Assembly (NCBI GenBank): GCA_976226885.1
Contig: OZ320315.1
Location: forward strand, 96,100,001-96,164,000
DNA length: 64,000 nucleotides
DNA from: Iphione sp. A-MEVVRFRX5
Taxonomy: Eukaryota
Reading direction: 5' to 3'
Shown here: positions 19,503 to 31,425 of the stretch, piece after piece
How the letters are laid out: each line of letters opens with the position of its first letter
Numbering within the stretch: position 1 is the first letter of the stretch
The notes under the pieces: model-generated
Seen by the model: only the letters and a program-made list of their open reading frames with translations
Told to the model about the DNA's origin: nothing
The model's database searches: none
Position numbers and translations under genes: made by a program

Positions 19503-19675
19503 TACAACCTCTAATCAGGACAACCTTAATTCTATCTCAAACTGCCCCTAATTGAGACATGTCCATATTGAAGACTTCTTTTGATATAGGGAACATAGAG
19601 ACCGTTCTTGTTTATGGTGTCCCTATTTGAGACATATCCCTATTAGATATATGTCCTTAAGGTGGTTTTCTACTG
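19503..19675. mobile_element. Degenerate Tc1/mariner (pogo/Tigger-like) MITE
   Basis: Right end ...GGTGGTTTTCTACTG|TA; degraded left end CAACCTCTAATCAGGACA; internal GTCCC/GAGACA repeats. Confidence 0.35.
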
Positions 19676-20835
19676 TACATGTATATATAAATAGGCACAT
19701 TGTGGCATAGGATGCCACAATGTAGACATCTTTTTTTTTGCTTTGGAGAACATCTCACTATTTGCCGATGTAATTCTATGAACTATCAACATTCTCTTCT
19801 GAAGAAGCTTCTCCTTAATGCAGTCCACAGTAGAGTGTGTCCACAATTTGTTACTTGACTGTACTAATAGCTTTATGGTTAGAAAGGTTAACAACAGCAG
19901 ATGCACACACAGACTGCCAGGTAACATTCCGGGAGGAATTCTCTTCATTAGAAACAAAATAAAAAGAATTAGATTCAAGTGACCAGGTATGAAGCAACAA
20001 ATGAGTGACTATCGCCCACTGGGCTACAGTTTACCAAGGGGGTGGCTCCCCCTGGTGTTGCCAAGTAAGCTAGTGGTGGTGACGCCACGTTGTGGTGGTG
20101 GGCTGACTTCAGTCTGATACAGGTATACTTGGATAATTCTATCATGATTATGAACTGATCTGGTTAGCAAGGTTTCTGTCACCTAGGTGTCTGTCACCCA
20201 AGTGCGTTTGTTCCACTAAGTAAGGGAAACACCACACTAGCACAACAAACGCCTGAAGGTTGCCTGACCGCCATTCAGCCTGATAGCATTAAAATGAGGA
20301 GTTGTAGGGTGGGGTAGTTTAAATGAGATTAAATCCTTCCATCTGCTTACTAACGATCAAAGGATATGGGTCGAGGCTATTCTCCTTACATTCATTCAAA
20401 CAAGCTGCCTTGGACCTTGTCTAATACAAGGCATTGATGGGTTAGAATATGTCAGAATTTGTCCTGACTATTGCATTTCACTGATTTGTCTGTAGTTCCC
20501 TCAATATACAACACAATCTCTTTAAAGATGTGACTAGTTATGGTTCAGTTGGTGTAAATAGTATAAACTAAACCGTCAGTACAAGTGTGCTGACAATATG
20601 TCTGTCTTCAACTAACTCAACAATATTTTCTTCACATGTAGTAAAAAAAATATCCATGTCAGTATTTTAAAAATATTACCATATCGCATCATATTCATAC
20701 GAATATACTAAATTCCTTTCAGCAGATTATCCAGATGATATATTGCTGTTACTTAGAGATATCCTAAGTTATGCTTTTAGGGAATGAAGCATGTCTTACT
20801 TGAAATGTGTTTAATATTTTGTATTTCAGGTCACC

Positions 20836-21849
20836 ATGGCATGTCTAAATCCATTACTCATAGGAGTGCTGGCCTCCTTTGCTTCAGTTATTCTGAATAC
20901 TGCGACATTAGCCTCTGCGCAAGCCTGTGGACATATTGTCCCTCACTTTGAGCTCAGTGCAATCAGGTGCATTGCCAAGCTAGTTGCAGCTTTTCTGGGT
21001 CTTCAATTTAAAAAGATGCCCATTAATGTACCCTTACAGGAAATAGCAAGTATTAGTGCAATGGGTATGGCAGCTGTGGCATTTCAGGTGTCATACTTTG
21101 CAGCAAGATCATTTCTTCCCCTGTATATAGTCACGTGTATTCAACATATTTCAAGCTTAATTTCTATGTTGGTAGTACCGAGGATTATATTCAGAGCAAA
21201 ACCGGGAATTGTTTTTGCCTTTCCTGCAGCTGGATGTATCCTAGGAATAATCCTTTTAGCGCAACCCTGGACTGATTTTACGGAGGGAATTATTTCTTCT
21301 TTTTCCAATGATGGGAACAATGTGTTCCATAGTCGTAATGAAACTCCAGTCATTAACTCAACATGTGCAATTTCTAATGCTAAGTATGTTTACTCCTTTG
21401 TTAAGGGGTCTGTGCTGGCTATCATTGCAGGCATAGCTACCACACTATTTTACACATCAATAGCGATCCAGAAACAGATCCATGCCGTTCAAAAGCTCTT
21501 TTATATAGCAGTGATTGCAGTGCCATCTTTACTTCTGTTGTCGATTTATCTAGAAGAAATCAGTTTCGCTACAGATTTATTTGGTATTTTATTGATCGTC
21601 ATTCATTCTGTTGTGGCTGTAATTGGCACTGTATGTATATTGGTGGCTATCGAGAACATTGGACCCACCCTGGTAACCGTATTGCATAGTCTCGTACCTG
21701 TAGCCCTTCTGATAGTCCAGCAAACCATACTACATGAAGAGCTCCGTGGCCACGGGATTATAGTTGAAATAGTTGGCTGCATATTGGTGTTTCTCTCGGC
21801 ATCAGTATTTACTGCTTTATCTAAACAAAAACAATATGAGGATTTGTGA
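20836..21849 (+). CDS. EamA/DMT-superfamily transporter (SLC35G-like), single coding exon
   Basis: ~10 hydrophobic segments in two halves, FELSAIR motif; acceptor TATTTCAG at 20829 and Kozak CACCATGG. Confidence 0.8.
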   Translation: MACLNPLLIGVLASFASVILNTATLASAQACGHIVPHFELSAIRCIAKLVAAFLGLQFKKMPINVPLQEIASISAMGMAAVAFQVSYFAARSFLPLYIVTCIQHISSLISMLVVPRIIFRAKPGIVFAFPAAGCILGIILLAQPWTDFTEGIISSFSNDGNNVFHSRNETPVINSTCAISNAKYVYSFVKGSVLAIIAGIATTLFYTSIAIQKQIHAVQKLFYIAVIAVPSLLLLSIYLEEISFATDLFGILLIVIHSVVAVIGTVCILVAIENIGPTLVTVLHSLVPVALLIVQQTILHEELRGHGIIVEIVGCILVFLSASVFTALSKQKQYEDL

Positions 21850-22869
21850 CGAACGTTTCCTACCCAAATTACACTTTTCTTGTTAAAAATTCGCTATACA
21901 CGATGGCTTAGTATTCCCTCGACCGGAGTCTTGACTTTTAGAGAGAATGCCAATATCATCAAATTTCTGTATATTATTATATTGAAATCTCTTAATACAT
22001 TAACACAGCATATAACATCAATAGCATTTCTTCATCTGAAGTACCTCTACTATCAAATGTACCTACTATAACAATGTATTCTCATTTCATCTCACCACAT
22101 ATTGTCACCTGAATACATCATTAGCATATCAGATATCTTTCGGTACATGTTTGTTATTTTTAATAATATTAGTTGGCCTTACTCTAAGATCATCTTTAAA
22201 CGTAGGCACCGAAAGAATAAAGTTCTTTTTTTTACTTTTTTAAAGTTTGTTGTTTACTTTTTCAAAGTTCTCTTTTCAGTGTACTGGCTATTTTATTAGT
22301 CCTGTTTTAGATTAACAGATTTGAACAAGGGTACCATCATGTTGTTCTGTGGGTTGTACAGTTTGAGTTTCTAATAGACCTAGCAGATGTATGCCATGAA
22401 CTAAGTTTAGCATGAGCATGATACATCTTTGAACAATGGTCACAATATAAAAGTAAGAGTGAAACTAAGAACTTGAAGGCATAACTTTGTTTTTATGATA
22501 GGGGGATGATCTACTTTATGCAATGGCAAGTGCTGCATCTTGTAATCTCTGTAGCTTTTTCAGGTCATTGGCATTGTTATAAATCAAAAAGACCGTTGTG
22601 TAATCAAAATGGTGTATAGCCCTTGTATATTGTGCTTGTGCACATATAAGAAGGATTTAGATAATTTATAATTTATTGAAAATGTATATCCTTTGTAATA
22701 TTATATTTAATCATTCATTTAGTTCACATAGAGGGGTACTTTTTCATCAAACAGCACGTCTAAGTGTTATAACGATAAACATAATCAAAAGTTTCAGTGC
22801 CCAATTTGATTAGAACCTCAGGTATGCACTTGCTCATGTAAACAGGCATAATTTTAGTTTTATCAACAT

Positions 22870-23730
22870 TTAGTGTAAATCTATTGAAATTATACCATTT
22901 TGAATTTGGGAGATTACTGTCTGTGTTTTTGTTGCTAGTACTGTTGTATAAGTCTCATGTACAGTAACTAGAGGGTCGTCAGCAAAGTGTACTGGACTGG
23001 CTTTATTGCATGATGGCAAGTCATTATGTTCACGGAGAATGGTAGTTGCTCCAGATTGATCCCTGAGGTCACAATTGACACATTGCCATACTGTCAGATA
23101 GCCATGCCCACCCATCACAATGTGACAGTCATACTTTCACTACAGTCACGTACAATGTTGAAATTTTAAAAAGGATGGTTTCTAGTCATAATATCAGTGT
23201 ACTGCACTTTCTCATATACTTTGAAAATAAATATAGATGCTTCAGTATGTTTTTAAAGAATAATGTCTATACATTTACATAACTACATAATGACATGTGA
23301 CAGTCATAATACTATTACAGTCATGCATGAGCGACAGTGTTGCTGGAATGTTGTCTGCACGGGTTGGTTACATGAGTCACGTAACAAAATAGCATCATGT
23401 CATTGGCTATGGAACAGTTTGATTGACAGATATCATGACTGTAAAACATGTTGTCCTGTCACACAGTGATGTGTCAATTGTCTAGCTTGGAGGAAACAGT
23501 ATTGTTGTCGTTGATACAGATAATCTTTGTACCAATTCATTGTAGTAGATGTAAAAGAAACTTGTTTTTTCTTAATTTACTAAGAAGTATTGAATGGGCA
23601 ACAGTATCAAACGCTTTGCATAGATCAATGAAACGTACATCAGTCTGATTATTATTTTTCATGTTCTCACAGATTCTGTCTGCTACATGAATGCCTCCCT
23701 GCATCTTCTTTGTTGCCTTAATCCACATTG
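22870..23730 (-). mobile_element. Degraded CR1/L2-type LINE reverse transcriptase fragments
   Basis: FIDLCKAFDTVAHSILLSKL (23537-23728 ORF) and HNDLP...FADD (22870-23118 ORF), interrupted by another repeat. Confidence 0.75.
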
Positions 23731-24349
23731 GGTTCTGTTAAGTAGATGTTTAAGCTCCAGATGGTTATACAATCGACAAATACAATTTTTTATGATGTTT
23801 GCAGGGAGAGGTAGTAGTGAGATAGGCCTCTAATGTAGCGGCTATCACCAATTTTGAACAATGGTATAACGTTTTTCCATTGCGATGGAAACCTACCAGT
23901 GGTGAAATATGGCTTTACTAGATGTGTACATTGATTTATTAATACGGTTCATAATACAGTGCAGAACAGGAATGCCTTGTATGTTTGTGGCGTTGCTTTC
24001 GTTCATTTTGTTAGTGGCAGAAGAACATGCAGATTATTTTCAAAGCAGTTGGATGCCATATCCTTTTTTTCATGCCATAGCTGAATTTCAGGAATTCACA
24101 AATCATGATGCACCATTCGTGAACTTGTTATTGGTTGCATGATTCATGACTGTTTGAATGATCCTTAAATAAGCCAGGAATTCAGGGATGATGGCTTTGG
24201 TTAATAAGCACAATGGAGGTTGTGCAAATTAGTAAACTACTGTAAATGTCAGGACTACTTAATTGGTCAGCAATTAAAGTGGCATCAGTAAAAAAGAGAA
24301 CTCTTAAAAACATAGAACAAATATTCACAGGGCTGAAATCAACTGGCAG

Positions 24350-25013
24350 TACTATTCACATTTAGGACCAGGCTTTAGAGAAAGAACAACAGGTTTCACA
24401 AGAACAATATAATACCATGGAAAATCAGTCTGTTTTATCTCAATTCTTGAAATTTGTGATGGTTCAACAATTTGAATGAATTGAATGAAGTTATATTTGA
24501 GATACTGCACAAAAAGTAGCCAATTTACTTGGTATTGGTATTGGTATAAATTTTATTTCTGAAGGGTGATCAAGTAGTACACTTGTACCTTGGTCTCCAG
24601 ATCTTGACGCAACAATGATATTTACAATGAAATTCGGTAGAGTGCCCGCCGGTTTTACTTATTATTTCTGAACATGCTAGCTCTTGTTTAATGACACTGT
24701 ACGTTAACAGGTGAGTTTTTATGTCAATTACAAATTACTTATGGTCAGTGTTTTTGTAGAAGTAGCCATGGTTGGTTAGCTTCATGGACTATAACCCATG
24801 TGTTTTATTTATTTTGATCTATTTATCCTGTACTATTCACATTTAGGATCAGGCTTTAGAGAAAGAACAACACATTTTACAAGGACAATATAATACTATG
24901 GAAAATCAGTCTGTTTTATCTAAATTCTTGAAATTTGTGATGGTTCAACAATTTGAATGAACTGAATGAAGTTTTATTCGAGATACTGCACAAAAAGTAG
25001 CTAATCTACTTGG
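24350..25013 (+). repeat. Pair of 183-bp direct repeats (24350-24532 and 24831-25013)
   Basis: Both read tactattcacatttagga(c/t)caggctttagagaaagaacaac...acttgg with scattered substitutions. Confidence 0.9.
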
Positions 25014-26413
25014 ATGAGCAGAAAATAATATCTGTATTTCCTGTAACATACCAGAAAAAGGCAGGGTCAATAAGTATATTTATATTTATATGATATGGTA
25101 ATGTATCATTGTCTCAGGAGTTCATGCAGTTAGTAGATTTAAACAAATAAGGAAAGTAAGGAGTCCAATGACACTCCAATGACACAAAATAGTTGTGCAT
25201 AAGTGGTCTTTCTCAAATGTGCAAAGAGAAAGTGTTTGTTTATTTACAAAGACATACCTGCTTATATACTCTGTGATTACATAATAGTTTCTAAAAATAG
25301 ACACATGTATCTAGACAGCTGTCTGGAGTTGATTAGCTTACATAATCATTACATAGCCAGTGCCAAAAAATATCCTATCATGTCGTGGGCATATATAATG
25401 CAGTTACCAACAATGCAATGTCTTCTACGCAGTGTGATCTGCATCAAGTCCAATGGATCAACTGATGCGGATTGCCCCAAGTGCATTACTCTCACATGTA
25501 GCATCATTATAAAGAATCATGCACACACTAGAATGTTATAACTTATGCTGCCTATATTTCAATGAAATTTACATCAAATATAGGCTAGTAACCTAAGGAG
25601 CGCACTGGTGGTTTATAGTATGAGTGTCTATTATTATTCTTTCTGAAGATATTCAGAAAACCAGAAAAAATAAAACGTAACAACTGACCACAATAAAGGG
25701 TTGGTCTGGTCACCGGCAACTGAGTTATTTTCCCATTAGACCTTAGTATTATGTTCCAGAAGTGCCTAAATACTTTTTATAGCAAGGATTCATACTGGTC
25801 TTAATAACTTGTTGAATATAAGTCAAGCAAACCAGTTCTGGATGCTATGAATAGCAAATCTCACCGAAGCTATTTCCCAGCTTACCACTTCAGTGCTTCC
25901 ATTAATATATTTGTTGTTTTCTGATAAGAATACCTCACACTTTCTTATTCCAGATGGTTGTAAATAATTTGGGGGTCATATAGTGTAAGAAAAGACATAA
26001 TATGTGGACATTAATCTGAAGTCCATCTGATTAATATATCCTAGTAAATACAGAAATACTTATACATATATTCTTCTACATATACATATATTGTTGTATC
26101 AGTAATTAGGCTCCAATGGCATGTATATTCATTGCTTAGAAACTAGTCAATCTTATTGTAGACAAGTAGTCCCATCTATTGAATCATAGCTGTTGTAGGA
26201 GAGTTATCTCCATCAGGCCAGCCTTGCAACCTGTTGACTGGCCCTGCACCTCCATTTGTGGGTTGTCGTACACCTCCTGTCCATAGTGACTATGGTGTTG
26301 TCTGGCCTGCTAAGTGGCTACCACTCTAGCCCTCACAACAAATCTCACACATACTCTCAGGTCGGCCAACTGTGGCTGGCAGGCTGGTTCATATGAGTGG
26401 CCTTTGCTTTCAC

Positions 26414-26760
26414 TCATTCTTTCTGTAGTCTTTCTAGCTCTAGTTGCTGCTTTGGGACTGGAGATTGTCTGCCCGTTGGATCCCAAGCAAGCATATCACA
26501 ACTTTTACATAGACCCATTAGACTGGCCCTTATCAGGCACGAAGACCCCATACAATTATTATTTCGACTTATGCCTCCCATTAGGCAGGCACTCAAACGA
26601 GTTCCTTTTTTGTCCAAATACTTATGGGAAAAAGTCGTCAGGTATTCTTGATTTGGCCTGCTCGTTAGTTCTGGCTGACTTCCTCGCATTCTTTGCCTAT
26701 TCCTTGCTTCATGGGACAATCAACTGAGGAATCCGATCCTGGAGTGTTCTGTTATTCATG
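26414..26760 (-). mobile_element. Possible decayed LINE ORF1 fragment
   Basis: Frameshifted KNARK...RIPDDFSHKYLDKKEL resembles L1-type ORF1 C-termini; same strand as the RT fragments at 22.9-23.7 kb. Confidence 0.3.
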
Positions 26761-29264
26761 ATGCAATCACCTGGTTTATCTCTCTACAGGAAAATATGCC
26801 AGGGGTTACATGCCTGCTACCCTGTGAGGAGGCCAACAACTGAATTATTTGCATCGGTTGTATACCTGCCATTGGCAACTGTAGCTATGGAGCTTGAGTA
26901 AGCCTACAGGTGGCAGGCGTTGCTAGTTCCATGTGTCTCTCTCCAGCAGTAAAGGGAGGGTAGTTGAACTTCAGTACTCCCGAAAAAGGCGTTAAATCTT
27001 TTTGTCATCAGTTTTTTTTCAACGGGCAATACTTTTTACTCATCAACTGCCTCTCCCGCCTCAGTACCATACGTCACTGCCTTCTGCACCCACTTTGGCT
27101 TAGTCTCATTCATCATATGGTTTTGCTTTGAGGACCACTCTGTAATATACGTTCCCTGTTTTAGTCGTGATTTCATTTTGGCCATTGACTAAAATCGTTC
27201 AGGATTGTACTGTCCCTCATAGATGTCTTGTATTTGATATATGATTCAACTTTGCTATGAGCCTTGCCAATTGCAATGGACTAATTTCTCAGATGATCCT
27301 GTAACAATAAAATGTACACCACACCAATCAGGTGCCTGAGTTGGCTTGCGGCCAAGTCAGCCTGACATCATAAGGATGTTTAGGAAGGAACCAATTAATA
27401 GACATAAGTACATGACCTGCAAGTGTTACGAAATGGTTCTACTCTAGCAAAATGGTAGAAATCTCATGGGGTTTGGTATTTGTATCCATGCACCTTGGTA
27501 ATTTACTCAATCGAATAAAAGAACACATATTCTCCGATTTTCAGTGTATTTACATATGATTTGACATTTTTACCAACTTGACACTTAGAACAAATCGGCC
27601 ATTACTCAAGCACTGCGAAGTAACATCAGGAGGCTAAGAGTGCACAGGTGCTGATACGCCAGTGGTCAGGACAGATGCAAGTTTGGGAAGAATACTAACT
27701 CTTGCAGGGCATTTATTTATATGTATAAAGGATAGGGCTGATTCTCTCAGCTTAGCCAACTTCCCTCCCACCCCGCCCTCTTCTGCAGCTGCTGCTTATT
27801 CACTGGTCTTTTTGGCAAAGTCCCAGCGGGTCACTGAAGCATAGCTTTGAATGGCAAGGATGCCTACCTTCTGTCAGCATACACACCATTTATAATTGTT
27901 TTAGTGGTTAGCCGTATGCTCTACTGTATATTGGTTCAGTTCTATGGTATTCCCTTTGCATCACAAGTTCGGATATGTAGAGAAAACAATATAATATATA
28001 TTTATGTTTGTATAATGTTTGTATGGTCAACTGTGATGGCCATGTGTAACGTAGCCTTGAGGCAACTGTAACATCAGAAGACCCATGAGATCTGATGAGA
28101 GCCCAAGGAAATGTACTGTACTATTGAAGTCACCAAAGGCTGTTTTTTTGTTTTGGTGTCTGTTCTAGGGATTATTGGATTATTGAGGTAGTTCATTCAG
28201 CCAGACTTGATTAATGGTTCTAGATATATCCTCTTCATTGGCTGCTCCTTGTGAATTATATTCTCGATTTCTCTCAGAGATACGATGTCACGGAAATAAA
28301 CTGTGGCTAATTTCTCGGTCTTAATAAAGTTACTCCAAAAGAAAAGACTTCATTTCATCAGAGGATTATGGAGTTTTATTCAAGACAGTACACAAAGGAC
28401 AAATAACTCTATTTTATCAGTATAATGCTCTGAAAGAAACCAAAATACTTTCTATAGTCACAACTCACATTCGATCTAAAAACTGGTTGAATACAAGTTA
28501 GTCAAATCAGTTCTAGATGATATGAATAAGAGGTGTTACCTAGGTGTTGTCCAAACAAGTATATATATATATTACATCTGTTTTTTTTTCATTAGTACCC
28601 TTACATTTGTTTTGTTGCATCAGTAAATATGTTGCTTTTGCTGACACCGATATACAAAAATAATAAAACTTTACATAACATCCTGACCATGTTAGTATCT
28701 ACCTTTGAAATAGTGGGTTTTATATAAGAAAATTATAATTACCAATATGCGTGCCATCCTCTTTGGTAATAACAATCAGTTTTTATGATAATTATGTTCC
28801 TGTAAACCTGATAAATACTTCTATGATAACTGTAGCTAACATGTCATATAACACGATTGACCATACTTTAGGCACATTGTAAAGTTTGTATTCGTACCTG
28901 TCCCAGTACCGTATACATAAAGGTCAAAATGTGTTTATACTCGCTATTTCACACTCAACCAACTGTTATTTTGTATTTTCAGTCTTTCACCCTTTGTTTA
29001 CAGATACCCTTCATAGAACATCCGAAAACGTACTTTGTGTATTACTTAGCGAATTCGGAGTTTATCAGATTCCGCCAACGTAGGAAATACCGTCTTTCTT
29101 ATCTTCCCTGGGATTCATGGATTTGGATGTGTAAAATTCTTTAGTTTGGGTGAAATCTTCCATAATAACACATTACAGTTTTTTTATGTTATTGTGTTAC
29201 ATTTCTAGTTGGAATGCATCTGTCAAAATGTAAATTATTAGAGACCACTATTACTAAGACTTAA

Positions 29265-29397
29265 AGCACGGCTGCCGACTCTAACGCTCTGTGAGCCTAT
29301 TTAGCAAAGTGTTCAAATATATGACGTATTCTATAATATCACGGGCGCCATCGTGGCGCCAGACAGCAGCGCCCGAAGAAACATTGTAGCCGTGACT
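29265..29397. mobile_element. 133-bp MITE with short TIRs flanked by TTAA (Kolobok-like)
   Basis: TTAA|AGCACGGCTGC ... GTAGCCGTGACT|TTAA. Confidence 0.6.
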
Positions 29398-29528
29398 TTA
29401 AGTGAGATACAGCCCTCGTAGAGCATGTACTTGATATATTACTTCATAATATCCTTGGCTTCGCCTCGGATATTATTCGTAATATATCGCGTACAGTGCT
29501 CTACTCGTGCTGTATCTATCACTTAAAG
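29396..29528. repeat. Long palindromic hairpin element with central CCTTGGCTTCGCCTCGG
   Basis: Arms ttaagtgagatacagccctcgtagagcatgtacttgatatattacttcataatatcc and ggatattattcgtaatatatcgcgtacagtgctctactcgtgctgtatctatcacttaa are near reverse complements. Confidence 0.85.
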
Positions 29529-29749
29529 AAAGTCAGCACTTTTTTTCTCTTTAACCCTACATAGAGGAAGTGTGCGAATATATCACGTACAGTACACTTT
29601 GCATTAAGAGGATCAGGCATTGTTCATTGCCTATTTCATACAATCTCTACCATCAGTTTTTCATTATCTCCGCTGCTGGTGGATTCTAACGCACCTGCTT
29701 CACAGGCCTCTCAGTGCTCTAATTCACTAGACAACTGAGACCTAGATAT

Positions 29750-30172
29750 GTAACCCTCTGTAGAGGTGTGTGCTACTTTTGTGTGTAACATGTAACCTTC
29801 AGTGTGGGTGTGTGCTACCCTCTGTATGCCTACTGTAACACTCTGTAGAGGTTTATATTACCTGTTGTGTGTCCACTATAACACTCTGTAGAGGTGTCTG
29901 TTACCTGTTCTAATCCCACTGTAACCCTCTGTAAAGGTGTCTGTTACATGTTGTATGCCCACTGTAACCCTCTGTAGAGGTGTCTATTACATATTGTATG
30001 CCCGTTGTCACCCTCTGGAGAGGTGTCTGTTACTGGTTGTGCCCACTGTGACCCTCTGTAGAGGTGTTTGTTACTAGTTGTGTGCCCACTTTAATGTTCT
30101 GTAGAGGTGTCTGTTACATGTAGTATGCCCACTCTAACCCTCTGGAGAGGTGTCAGTTACATGTAGTATGCT
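29750..30172 (+). repeat. Minisatellite, ~43-bp unit, ~10 copies
   Basis: taaccctctgtagaggtgtctgttacatgttgtatgcccactg variants. Confidence 0.9.
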
Positions 30173-30335
30173 CATTAATCCATTCTGTGGGAATATATCA
30201 CGCACAATGGTCTACTCGGTATGTATCTATCACTTTGTCTCTCTAAAAAAGAAAGAAAAAAAGACGCAATTAAATGAGAGGGTATCACAGGTGCGGATTA
30301 ATTATTTCTTCTTTCACCACCACAAATGGTGCTCA

Positions 30336-31352
30336 TCACAATTCCTCAATGTCATATTCCTTAAATAACAGCACAAATAAACCAGTGGATAGGATAACCA
30401 AGATACAGCCAAATATTTCTAGCATATTACCTTGACCATCAAGACCCTGGTTCATCACAGTGTGCTCAGCTATCAATAGTGAAACAGGCACAAGGCAATG
30501 CAATATGGTTACAAGGGTAGGTCCAATCATATCAATAGATATTATTACACATGCAAAATTAAAAACACCTCCAAAACAATGAACTATGATCATCAATACA
30601 TCATATGACTTTGTAGTAAAATGTATTTCTTCAAGGTAGAAAGATAGCAGGAAAGAAAAAGGCAATGCAAACACTGCTATATATAACAGTCTTCGACATG
30701 GATGAAGATTATTCTGGTTTCCAATAGATATAGAAGCTAATGTTTTAGCTATTCCTGCACTTAAAGAGAGCAGACATCCCCAAATAGTAAAGAAATTACC
30801 CAGTTTCTCATCAGAAGTTATGCAAGTGGAGTTAAATAAAAGAGTTTCATTACAACCATGTAGGGGTTCATAGTCTTTTACAGCAAATAAAGGAACAAAT
30901 CCATCCATAAAACCATTCCATGGCTGCAGAAGAAGAATTATCCCTACAACAGAACCAATTGCTGGAATTACAATGGCAATTCTTATCTCCTTTCCATAGT
31001 GGTATCTCCTTATAACTAGCATAGAAACTGTGTTTGCCCCACTTTGAATACATGATGCTGCGGCAAGTGGAAAAATTGATACTGCCGCATAGTACAATAT
31101 AATATAACTTACAGATGTTGCACCCATAAACATTATATCTGGCACTTGCTCAATCTGTACATGGAGAGGAATCTTTTTTATTTGCAAATATAGAAATGAT
31201 GCAAAAAATATGCAAGTATATCTGATTGTACTGAGCTCAAAATCAGGAATAACTCTTCCAAGGGCTTGTACTGCAGCCGATGTTACTGTAGTCAGATATA
31301 TGGACAATAATGAAGCTATCACTCCAACCAGAAATGATTTTGAACACTCCAT
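30336..31352 (-). CDS. EamA/DMT-superfamily transporter (SLC35G-like) paralogue, 338 aa from ATG 31352
   Basis: Aligns end to end with the 20836 protein (FELSTIR, LLQPW, NET..NSTC, IGPTLVTILH); acceptor TTATATTCCAG ending at 31359. Confidence 0.8.
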   Translation of the reverse strand: MECSKSFLVGVIASLLSIYLTTVTSAAVQALGRVIPDFELSTIRYTCIFFASFLYLQIKKIPLHVQIEQVPDIMFMGATSVSYIILYYAAVSIFPLAAASCIQSGANTVSMLVIRRYHYGKEIRIAIVIPAIGSVVGIILLLQPWNGFMDGFVPLFAVKDYEPLHGCNETLLFNSTCITSDEKLGNFFTIWGCLLSLSAGIAKTLASISIGNQNNLHPCRRLLYIAVFALPFSFLLSFYLEEIHFTTKSYDVLMIIVHCFGGVFNFACVIISIDMIGPTLVTILHCLVPVSLLIAEHTVMNQGLDGQGNMLEIFGCILVILSTGLFVLLFKEYDIEEL

Positions 31353-31425
31353 AATGCTCTGGAATATAAGAAATATGAATTTTTTCAATTGAGATGCATA
31401 AACAGGGGAACATAACGATAAGGTA

